This document shows positions 53,101 to 64,000 of a stretch of DNA of 64,000 bases, one piece after another (position 1 is the first letter of the stretch; every line of letters starts with the position of its first letter). Under the pieces are notes generated by a model. The model was not told where the DNA came from, did not search any database, and saw nothing but the letters and a program-made list of their open reading frames with translations. Made by a program: the position numbers and the translations under genes. The DNA comes from Phoronis australis (lineage: Eukaryota > Animalia > Phoronida). Location: NCBI GenBank assembly GCA_002633005.1, contig NMRA01000240.1, positions 220,415 to 284,414 on the forward strand, read 5' to 3'.

Positions 53101-55266
53101 ATAAAAATAAGGTGTGAATTTTGGGCTTGAAAATCTCCAGCAATTTGTTACTACTTGAGAGTTTCTTTAGGTTGACGTGTCACAGCATGCCATTTCATTC
53201 ACTTGACATGGTCACAACCATAATGAACTGACAGTTCTTTGCAAGACCTAAAGTTATTTCTCATCTGAATGAGGAAAGTGGTTAAAAACAAAAGTTAAGT
53301 TGCGCGGATAGCAGGTTTTATAGCCGCAGAAATTTTTCTGTCAAAATGCAACTCTTATTTCCTCTCAATGTAGGCTTCTTATTGCTTGTTAAAAGACAAT
53401 AATAGTATGACCGGCTGCTGAGTAGCACTTGGGACATAACCATGTTGTCATAAGTTCAATTTCTTGTCTTAGAACTCTAGGATCCACTTAAACCATAAAG
53501 TAGCAATGGCCATCAAAAGTTATCATGATGCGATTAAGATTTGGCAAAAAGGGCATTAGTTCTTGCACCATCTTTCTAACTTGCAACCTCTCACACTTTT
53601 TGATACTAGCATTCCGTTGGTGGTATACATACAGTTATCATTACTTGTACCTAATTGTGGTTTTCTTTGCACTGTATATTTGGTTTTAGCGTTTCAGTGC
53701 TCAATTATATTGTAACTTTTCACAATATTTTACACTTACAGGCTACATAGGTACTTCAGTGAGAAATCTAAGAGTAATTCTGTCAAGGATTAAGAAAGGT
53801 CTATACTCCAGTGCCACCGGTGTTCATAATTAGCAGATGCTTGAGAGCAAAACAAGGCGTGCACAAACTTGACACATGACTTCCAGGGGCCACCCAGTTC
53901 AGTGCCTTGAATATCAGTGGTTTTGCAATGACAACAAATGTTATTTGATCTATCAAAAGAACTATCACTGCTTCAGTGAACATTTGACACTAATTTTAAA
54001 GTTACCTTTGCATAGTAGCTTGACGTGGATATAGACTGTTGTCAATACAAAAGGACACGGCTATATTTTTGATCTTACTCATTTACCGTACAGCATATAA
54101 ATCTGATATTCTACTTTTTATATATGTAAATCAACAATCCTTGACCACTGTTTGCTTACATTTGACTCCAAAACTGTGATACAGTACCTGCTTTTTAATT
54201 GAAGTGATCATGTAAGTTGGTTCATGTTGATTCTATCAACAAGTCATCATCTGCTTTTGTTGGTCCACGTGGTTGTGCGAATTGACTACGTAATTAATAT
54301 AAATGTGTCCATGACTTCAAACATATTTCGATTAATTAGATGCCATGCTGCAACTCTTGTTTGCATTTACATTTCTGTTGTGTTGAGAATTACTGCAGTG
54401 AAATGCATTTGATGTTATACAGGTTAAACTTCGGCAGTGAAAATCCATTTTGTTTGTTAATGTGATTATGTCATTGCTGTTAAAGCTGCTATGAACCTGC
54501 CTTCCTTCAATTAAACCAACAATTGATTTTGACTATTTATTGTCTTGGCCGATTCCTTACTCAAAGTTCAAGTGATTCCTGAAATTAGAAAGAACTGACA
54601 GTTCGTTATAGCTCGAACCTCAGTTTATCAAGTTGCCTTGAAACAGCTTGTCATTTTCTGTAGGTGAAATTGTTACAAGCCAAGAAACCCATCCTCACCT
54701 GGGTAAAGAAACTTACTGATAGGAGGTCTGATGCGGAAAATGGTATAAATTAAAAGTTATTTAATTGTTGATGGAATGTTGGTTTGTAGCAACTTAACCA
54801 GTTCTGTTTCATTACATTTAAGTCTTCATCCGATTTTCAGTATGAAACTAAGAAATGGTATTGGGCATCAATTTTGTTTCTTAGTACCACAAAAAAATCA
54901 CATTTATCTGAGTACTAAGCAGTAGACAAAACAATATGCATTAGACACATAAAATATGGTGCCTGAGTAAAAAACATTATTTGTTTGACTGCAAGCAAAG
55001 TATATAAAGCAGTACGATTTGTGACATAACCCTTGCATTGCGAAAATATGTTGGGGTAGGCGCCTTTTGTTGTAGTTGGTACCTTTGTTGAAAGCCAGCA
55101 CATCATTACGGCAGACTCTTGCCAGTTCCTCATTTATGACGAAGAAACCAAAAGTCCTGAATCAAAAATAAAAATAAAATTTTCTTCATAGCCATGTATA
55201 AGATAAAAAAATTCTTCATTAACTAGTGTACTTCGAAAGCTGAATACCTTATAGAATGCGAACAGC

Positions 55267-58178
55267 TAATTAAGTTTCACTTGTGCAAAGTTCGAAAAAT
55301 TCTTCAAAAACGCACACTGCTGTTGGTTGCCGTGATAATTTCCAAAAACTGTTTCTGCCGTGTGATGCACTCGTTACAATTTGACTTACTGTTTTTGAGA
55401 AATTTTGCAGTGGGAGACCAAAATCAAATTCCTATCAGAAGTCAGGGACGGTCAGAAATCTTTTTGGATTGATATTCATCAGGTCACGTGATGTGACCAA
55501 AAACATGGCGTGCTGATGGGACAAGCTGTTTGCAACATTTTTCCATGCCTTATTGAAAAAGATTTATTTATACATACCTTCTAGAATGTACTGTTGGCAA
55601 TCCATTGTTATGGCTATTTTGGTATTTATAGGTAAATTTCAGATAAACAATAAACAAAACTCAAATAAGGAATGTGTTTTATTGTGTTTTGTTTAGTTTG
55701 ACAAAAACTGGACCTTATCACGAACCTGCCAATAATACATAGATAGTCTTTATGAATATTCATGTCACAGGCATACTGTCAGGGCCGTAATAATGTTTTC
55801 ACTTCACAATTGCCAAGTAAAGGTTTAGTCCAGGTATCACTACCTAATAGCCTGAAAATAATTTGTTCACATTTCCTCAATAAGTAACAATTATGAGCAT
55901 AATCAGATAATTTATTTATTTGTTAAATTGAGTTTTGGGTATTTGATGTTGAGTGCAAAACCAAATCTCTGTAGCCAGAGCCTTGGAAGGAAAATGGTAA
56001 AAGGTTATTACAAGTGTCATGTCAGCAGTGTTTTCTTTCACAGAGTCACATGTGTGCATAATGAGGGTGCTCAACTGGATTTCCAAAACTGTCTTGATAA
56101 GAAATACTCACAGGCATAAGCAAAATGCAGGTGACAGGTTGCTTCTTATAGATCTTTTCAGTGTAGTGGACACTCCTCAGCCTCTGCCAAAGGTACACCC
56201 TGATGACAATCACAGCTGGTGATACCCACCACCCCAGTGAGTATGGACACAGCAAGTTGAATACAATGCCCTCATCCTCAGATATACTTATGTGAGGCTG
56301 AAAAAAAATCAAACCACATTAATTTTGTGTTGTAGTTTAAACATGACCTCAACATAAGGGGAATGATGTTTTCATAGCTACAAACTGGTTGTTGTTCTTC
56401 AAAAAGCCAGTGGTCCATTATTAATGAAGTTTTAATTAATGAAGTTTTAAGACAGTATAATTTTCAGCATTTTATGTGACATTTTTAGTGATACATAGCA
56501 AATGTATTTTGTTACAGGTTTTCAGTTTTGTTACCTATAAAGCTTGTGTGATTACTGATGAAAGAAAACAATAAGTATGACTTGATAACACAAAAAATAT
56601 GTAGAATCGGTTCTATTGCGTTAAGAAACGAGAGTTCCAAGCATACCTGCATGTGAAGAGACCGAACATCAATTGCCACCTAAGCCTATTCCTCTGCACA
56701 TGGCTCAGTACTCTAATCATGTTGTCTCTGTTGCTTGCGTATTGTTATTGTTGGTGAACTGGTGATGCACATTACGGTGAACCTTTAAAAACATGGTAAT
56801 CACATAAAATGTCAATCTGAGCAGTACATACTGTAGATAACATTGATCAATACATTCCATAGGATACACATTTTCACAAAAGTATGAGTGTACCTGAAAT
56901 TGAAACTTCAGTGTTCTACCTTTTTCCAGACTAATTAAGTGTATTTCCTGTGTTAACTTGCCAATACTGATGCTAGAAGTCTGCAACAGTGGTACCTAGC
57001 TGTATTTTGATACCGCTAGCTGGCTGACTAGGGTACCACTGCAGACTCGATTCGATCACATCAATTACTATTGAATTCAGTACGTAATTTTCCCACAGGT
57101 AATGGTTTCATCTAATTCTAAGAGTAATAGTTAAATCTGTGGCTGCGCATGCGTTGTTGTAATGTTAATAATCTATTTAGCATCACGGATACTAAATTCT
57201 TTGTAAACATTTCATTTGTTTGCAGTATTTACAACGATTTTTTCAAACTTTTTGCACAAGTTGAAAGTTAATAACTTTTTGAACTCCTTGTCACATCAAA
57301 AAACCGGCTTTAACGGCGTTAAGAGGTTTTTTCTTCTATAACTCGGACCATAGGCCTTTAAGGCCAGGCCTTCGGTATTCTCTTTCATATTTATTAAATA
57401 TAAGCTTATTTGACGCATTACTTATGTTATTGAGAACTTTAAATGTGTACGTGCTTGTGTGTAGTTTCCTTCGTTCGGAAAGTGTAGATCAATTCAGGCT
57501 ATTAAGAACTTTATTTTTTCTGAACCTTTAAATGATGCTGTGATTGAAAGTGCAGCTTGATACAGCAAACGATGTAACTGTAGTAGAAAACCAGCACTAG
57601 CGGATTGGTAGATAATATCTCCGTAGTCAAAGTGGAGTAAGATAAATGCATTAAGCAAAACTTCTAGGTTCATTGAGCCTAGTTGTCTTGATACCAGTTT
57701 GATTGGATTCAAGAACGAAGAGTCGCAACGTGGTCAAATACTGCGCTGCTAAAACCACCACAAACGCAGCGCCTCGTCATTCTATACTATACCATTAACA
57801 ATGGGAAAAGGAAGAACAATAGCACGTGACTGATCACACTATACACAGTGGAAGACGATTATTGTTGTGATTGGTTGTCCCAATTCTATGTAATAGATAA
57901 TGACCAGCTAATTAAAATATCATTAGATTGTGTTTGCGGATAGGTTGATTTGACTTAAACGTTAAGTCATGAATTTGATCTTAAACCGCTAATTCTGAAA
58001 AAAATAATTAAGTTTCACTTGTGCAAAGTTCGAAAAATTCTTTAAAAACGCACACCGCTGTTGGTTGCCGTGATGATTTCCAAAAACTGTTTCTGCCGTG
58101 TGATGCACTCGTTACAATTTGACTTATTGTTTTTGAGAAATTTTGCAATGGGAGACCAAGATCAAATTCCTATCAGAA
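55267..58178 (-). repeat. Inverted, circularly permuted copy of block L with 174-bp direct terminal repeats
   Basis: 55267-55440 is nearly identical to about 58005-58178; head-to-tail junction ...gtaatagtTAaatctgtggc at 57132-57133. Confidence 0.95.
57494..57712 (-). mobile_element. CR1/L2 LINE C-terminal RT fragment carried within the duplicated block (also at about 49575-49795 +)
   Basis: LLNAFILLHFDYGDIIYQSA...LLYQAALSITASFKGSEKIK. Confidence 0.65.
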
Positions 58179-59124
58179 CTCATAAGTCACTGTCATGTAA
58201 AAACCACCGTGTTTTTTAAAATACATTTGACAGACTTCGACAAAATAATGTGAGGTTCTTATGTCTAGCTAATTGGCCATATTCCATTCCTCTCCAAGAA
58301 ACCTAAAAAATCACTTCCCTGGGGGCAGTATATCAGGTTTTAGTGTCATTAAGTGAAAAACGTTAAGAATCTAAAAAGTTACAAAGCTTTGACTTGTATA
58401 TTTTTAAGAAATTTGACACAAAAATACAATGTTTAAAAGCGTACACCAATGAGCAAGAACTGAATGATCATTTGATTTAGTTTTAATTATTTAAAGTTAC
58501 TAGAGAAGACGAGTGCCTAATTGCGGGCCTATACGGTAACAGCTTACCAATATCACACTGGCGCACTGACACTCACGGTCAGATTTGTTTCGCTGCTTTT
58601 AAACTGAATGTACACAAGTACTCTGGCTAAGGTCCGTAGATTTTCCACTCAAAATGCAGACAATCACGCAATAGAAAGCGCAATTCTCGCAGAAAATGTT
58701 GAGGTATTTAGTTCACAATGCAAGGGCGCTCCTTAGTAACTCAAGTATCATTTCTCGAGTCAACTCTATTTCCACGCGCGCTTTTTTTTTTAGTTAGACT
58801 CGACTGACACCGATTTCGAGATGAAGTTTTCGATTCTGAGTTCGACTTCGCCATGCCCTCAATCGCTCGACTTTGGGGAAGAATGTCAGCCAAACTGTTC
58901 TCTGAAAAATATTGAAAAATCATGCGAAATTCTCCTTGTATTGCTCATCAATTCCCTTCAAGTGATTAAAAAAATGCCCTCGAGGTTCGAATTACTTGTA
59001 ACTCATAGAAGTGAGAATTTGAAGGAGCAAAACATGTTGGTCGTGGCTACTTGAGGCAGATCATTAAGGTTTGTTACATGGTGGGGGGGCGTAGTTTTGA
59101 TGGTGGTCAGGAGGCAAGACTTTG

Positions 59125-59702
59125 CCGGGAGCATACCATTGCACCCCGGTTTCTATGCGTTCCGGGTTCTTTTTCTCCCGGGTTCTATGTATCACATTTC
59201 ATAGTTTTCGGGCTCTGTGGGTCCTGAGTTCTTTGTGTACTGGTCATTTGTGTTATAGTTCAGGAGCTAAATGGACGAGCGTGCAAGTTTTAGATACAAT
59301 CGCTGTTTTAGGTCCACATGACAATTTTGATTCTGGTCGTTGTCTGATCAAGCAAGGTCCCCTGGAATATTCGAGGGCGAGTTGGATTTTGACTCGGTCG
59401 CAAACGATGTTCTTGTGCTGATTTTCCTAGCTGTTTGAGTGCTGCCAGCTACGCACGAAACCAGGTGTGAAGGTAAGCATTGCAATCCTCGTTTCCTGGC
59501 ATTAAAATACATGCAGGTAGGACATTCTCTACAGGGGGGACAGTCACAATGACCACACCGAGACAAATAGAACCCCGTACGATGCATGGAGACATAGAAT
59601 CCGGCACAGATAGAAGCCTGGTAGGCATAAAACGGGAAAAACAGAACCCAAGACGAATAGGATTCAAGAAACATTGAACCCGGGACTCATCGAGATGGCC
59701 CC
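59125..59702. mobile_element. MITE-like element with inverted subterminal repeats
   Basis: Several CCGGGTTCTATG-like motifs on the left are mirrored by CATAGAACCC(GG)-like motifs on the right. Confidence 0.5.
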
Positions 59703-60025
59703 GATTTCTCGCTCACTCCGAAATATTCCTCTCTCAGAAGGCACAAACACATTTTCCATCGGATGAACGAGGACCCTAGTTCGGCCTGAATTAGGCACTT
59801 GGTCCAGGCCTTCGGAAACTGCACCCAGACTTGAGTAATACATGGTGTTTTCACCACGTGCTGCACGTGAATTAATTTTTCTGAAGATGGAATGTGGAAC
59901 TTCCACGCTCATGGCATTTGTCTCTTGTCACGTTGTTTTGTCTTAAGACAGAGTATGTTTGCATGGAAATTTATATCCGAATATGAAGTTTGGTTATGCC
60001 AGTGACCGCAAAAATATTTTTCAGC

Positions 60026-60953
60026 ATGCAACAATGTAATCTCTGCAGTACGTTACTGAGGACTTGGACATTCGTAAGCCTGGTTATTCCATTTCTTCCT
60101 TATCCTGCGGAGATGGTCGTGACTGAGACATCATTTCCAGAAATTGAGCAGTGTGATTCAGACGTAGTATTTGCCATACCTGTAAGTGATTCCATCGATG
60201 AAAGTCAATACGAGCTTACGAAAGACTTCGTTATTGGAGTCGCCGACAAACTGCGATCTACAAACAGCCGGATTGGTGTTTTTCAATACGGTGACACCGT
60301 AGCTCCAAGTATAAAGTTAAACAGTGGTGTAAATGCCACAGTGCAAGACAGAATGAAAAAAAGGATAGAAACAATGAAAAAGGAGGATGCAAGAATCACG
60401 AAAACAGGAGAAATTCCGACATTTTTTGGATTGGGCCTCGGTCAAGTTAGGTTGCAAGCCTTTTCACTGGTTAACAGTGATCGTCGCGACACAGTCAAAA
60501 TAGTCATCGGCTTAGTGGATGGTCCTACAAATGAAGAACGTGTTCTAGGCGCTACCATGTCTTTGGGAAACCACCCTGAATTGCAGTCAGCTGCATATAA
60601 TGACTTTGGTTTTTTACTGTTCAGCGTTTTAATTAATCGACAGGCAAAAGGTAAAGAAATTGCTAAAAAGAATGGATACAGCGGACATTTTTTTGCCCCC
60701 TACTTCAAGCAGTTGGTTGATTTACAAGATATGGTCGCAACGGCTGTAAAGGCAAGATGTTGGCAGATGCGACAGATAAGAGGGGAATCAGTCACCGATC
60801 GTCTTGTGGGTGAAGTTTTCAAGAGCGACGACACTATTCACACAAAATGGTTGTGTGGACAAGTAGGCGACGGGGGAATTCCTTATTGTTCTGAATCTGC
60901 CGAATACTTAAAAAGACCAAACTTGTACAGGAAACCACTCCCAGATAAATATT
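60026..60953 (+). CDS. First coding exon of a von Willebrand factor A (VWA) domain protein, probable signal peptide
   Basis: Acceptor ttttcag immediately before cATG; hydrophobic N-terminus; VWA pattern C-x-x-DVVFAI-x-VSDSI...TKDFV...RIGVFQYG...KIVIGLVDG...VKARC; strong donor gtaagt at 60954, phase 1. Confidence 0.85.
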
Positions 60954-61017
60954 GTAAGTATTAAGCTGCAATAGCATGTACAAAATTCTGCCAGCTGATA
61001 TACCATATTGCCACGTC

Positions 61018-61767
61018 TTTATGTTTAACAGGCGTACAAGTTAAAGCACAACTGGAATCCGCCATGTTAACTATTTTTAGTTCCTTGAATTCACAGTTTT
61101 CAGATTGTTTTGATAATTTCGTAGCTAATTCACCACTCACGGGAATTATTTAATGGGATCCAGGAAAGATAAGGCTTTGAAGGTTTGTGCAAAATAAGTT
61201 TGAGGGAGATGCACGCAGATTTTATTTGGATTTTGTACAGTTGAAGTTGGGAGCCTCGGCTCGGCAGCCTGTATCTGAAATCATACCCTTTTTGCGACTT
61301 TTTTACCTAATTGGTTCTCATAACGGTGGATGCGCCTTTTGAATTTCGCAGTTTTAATTGAGAGATACGTTTTGCACTAGAAAAATTTTGTTTTGTTGAA
61401 CACTGGGTTATTTCTGTAATTGTTTGTGTTACGGCCTGCGGCAAGTTCAGATCACTGGCGTTCGAATTTTTCCGATGACTCATAACCATTTATAAGAAAC
61501 ATAAAGGTTGGGCACAAATACTTTGCCGAGCCGAGGCTCCCAACTTCAACTGTACAAAATCCAAATGAAATCTGCGTGCATCTCCCTCAAACTTATTTTG
61601 CACAAACCTTCAAAGCCTTTCCTGGATCCCATTAAATAATTCCTGTGAGTGGTGAATTAGCTACGAAATTATCAAAACAATCTGAAAACTGTGAATTCAA
61701 GGAACTAAAAATAGTTAACATGGCGGAATCCAGTTGTGCTTTAACTTGTACGCCTGTCAAACATAAA
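61018..61767. mobile_element. Foldback MITE with about 245-bp near-perfect TIRs, in the intron after the VWA exon
   Basis: 61018-61266 is the reverse complement of 61524-61767 (few mismatches, one small indel); TA|TGT...ACA|TA ends. Confidence 0.9.
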
Positions 61768-64000
61768 ATTTTAGTTTGAGTAAGCAATCCCTACGTAAAA
61801 GTGAAGCAATTTATCCCCAATGTAAATGAATGAGGTTACTAAAAATCCTTTCATTTGTGTGCATTGTGTTTCTCCTTATAGCTCATTATATCACTTAACC
61901 TGGAATTCAATTGCAAGAACTGGCGTTAATCTTTTGTTTGATCTTAACATTATGTGCTACTCTTTGTTGAAACACAACAAAAAGTCGGATTTTGGGCGGA
62001 AATGTCCGATGTCTTACAGCACGTTTAGTCGCGGTAAATCGACTATCGGCAATTGCCTGATTTCACAGTAGGTCAGCGTTAGTAGCCAGCAACCCTGGTA
62101 ATTCAGTTATAAACGACGTTGTTTTTCATAAGCAAAGTTTAACTACATTCAACCTTATGCTAAATTATGTGGAGGGCACTCAAATAACATTCGTGGGCGC
62201 GCGAAAACATAGCTTCGGAATTGCTTCTGGAGAGTCCGCTAAAAACCCGTATGCTCGAAAGTCGTCTGCCATGAACGTCTTACTTCACAAAGTAAGGTCC
62301 TTGAATTTGTGATTTTGGCGTTTTTTGTCATTTTTGTTGTCAAATAAGCACTCAATTTGAAGTAATCAAGTGAAAGAAGGTATTCAAAGATTAGTTTGAT
62401 GCTGATTTCGTGGAGAATTCCAAGCAAACAGATTTTGGGTGTCCAAATGTCTGTGGTCCAGCCTTTATGTTTTCTTAGTAGTGAGTGACGTCAGTGGTGA
62501 TCGAGGCGGAGGAACACATAAACTCAAGCGCCTGTGGTTCAAATATCCGTTGAGTTTGGCAGCCTAGTTTGGCGCGACCAACGGCGCTCAATCCTCGTAC
62601 AGAAGCAAGTTTTATCTCGAAGAACTTTTGAGATTGACTCTGTGTAAAAACCAACAGGCAGAGTCTATGCCCAAAATCACAGATTTTTTAGACTTAGCGC
62701 ATGATTTTGGTTTGGTAAAATGCAGAAAAATCATTTTTTAAGAAGTTTCATCCATTATTTCTATTTTTTATTGGCTCGTACGTCCATTTTACAACAAAAT
62801 TAGGCCCCGAAGTGGACAAGTTTGAATGAATTTTACCAGCATGTATAGCTAGTTGATAACAAATGAGTGATATGGTTTTAACTGAGTATGATTGACTAAC
62901 CTAATGACATAACTTTCAAAATTCATTCTTAAATTTGTATGCCTTGATTTTGTATGGCAAAAACGGCTATTTTGCAGGTTTTCACTGACGCCATTTTCGG
63001 CCAAATTTGGCACTCTGTAGCAGCCACATTGCACCTTTTCAAAAATTGACCTTCTAATACTTTGTTTAGTACTCCTACCCTTTTTATGGTCTAAACTAAA
63101 AATGTTGCCTCTCCCGTAGTTTTTGCTAACGAAGCATTGCACGAACTGCACTTCGTCCTACTTACCTGTTCTCAGTTGCCTCAACTTCCCATAAGGGGCC
63201 TCTTGAAATGTGTAATTAGCTTGCAAAAACGAGGCAAAAAGCTTGTATATTTTAGCGAAAAAGCACCTTTCTCTCAAAGCCACATTGGTGATTATTTCTA
63301 ATTACAAAAAATTGTTTACCTTAATTGTGACTGACGCTACAACCAGCCGAATCTGCCTTATGTTTAAGTCTTCGTAGTGAGAGCCTCTGGCATGGGAAGG
63401 GAGGCACTTAAGAGGGTTATGGCAAAAAAACTCTTCAACTTGGTCAAAACTCATTGCAAGTTTGCTTTCATCTTGTAATGTCCCCGCAGGTTGCCAATAT
63501 GCACACCGGTCGCCGCCCACGTAACCAACGTTGAATATTTCTGACAGTGCGATCACTCATGCAAAGGCATACATTCAAGGTTTAAGAGAAAACAATTCAT
63601 GCAAGTCAATTTTATTAATGACTCAGGTCATGACTAGACAGACATTAGGTAAACACAGTTGTACACAACGGTCTGGAATTCATAGCAAACATACCGAGTG
63701 ACTGCTTGACTTTGTGCCGTAGCAAGGCCGGTGGGCCAGATGCCCGGCTCCGCCGTCTGTCGAAGGGGGAAGTAATAAAAAGCTGTCGTCCAAGGGGGCA
63801 CTAGGTATCTTTTAACTGGGGGATTACACAGCTATCAACCGGGGCGGGGGCGCCACTAAAATGAGGTGTCGATGAGGGGTAATTGGAAGCCGTTTTAACT
63901 CCAACTGTGACACTTGATCTTGAGGCTGATGAAGTCGAAGGCTCCGGCTGGTACCAATTCTGAGCCTATCCAAACTGAGCCAATATCCATCGTAATACAT

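Noticed and set aside
55267-55440. 174-bp direct repeats as LTRs of a TRIM/LARD element
   Set aside because: No TG...CA termini, PBS, PPT or TSD.
48224-56312. Paired near-identical ORFs (48224+/56046-, 48314-/56019+) as conserved genes
   Set aside because: The similarity is fully explained by the DNA duplication; there are no protein motifs.
47412-58178. Single large TIR transposon (Polinton or foldback) with 2.7-kb arms
   Set aside because: The arms are permuted rather than mirror images, there is no TSD, and the 5-kb spacer has no integrase, polymerase or transposase remnants.
60954-64000. Further exons of the VWA gene (acceptors near 63175 and 63489)
   Set aside because: The phase-1 frames reach stop codons within about 15 codons and contain no 6-Cys module.

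Overview
AT-rich, intron- and transposon-rich eukaryotic DNA, probably from a marine invertebrate (inferred from the TE repertoire; the species cannot be determined). No prokaryotic operons, CRISPR, rRNA or tRNA genes were found. Host genes: (1) a + strand gene spread over about 34 kb, with seven phase-1/phase-1 exons each encoding one 6-Cys EGF/EB-like module, then a terminal exon with a glycine-zipper TM helix and an Asp-rich tail (1547-35850; the 5' end is not identified); (2) the first coding exon of a probably secreted VWA-domain gene with a broken MIDAS (60026-60953), also ending in phase 1. Most other recognisable sequence is TE: a decayed short-LTR Gypsy (10155-14598); a Kolobok (20709-~28979, THAP plus KolX remnants) containing an Academ, a solo LTR and a MITE; a second Kolobok derivative inserted at TTAA in a Gypsy RT remnant; LINE fragments; solo LTRs, one with a hairpin-repeat array; and MITEs. 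The most unusual structure is a 2.75-kb block (47412-50158) that recurs inverted AND circularly permuted with 174-bp terminal redundancy (55267-58178), which points to a circular-DNA intermediate.
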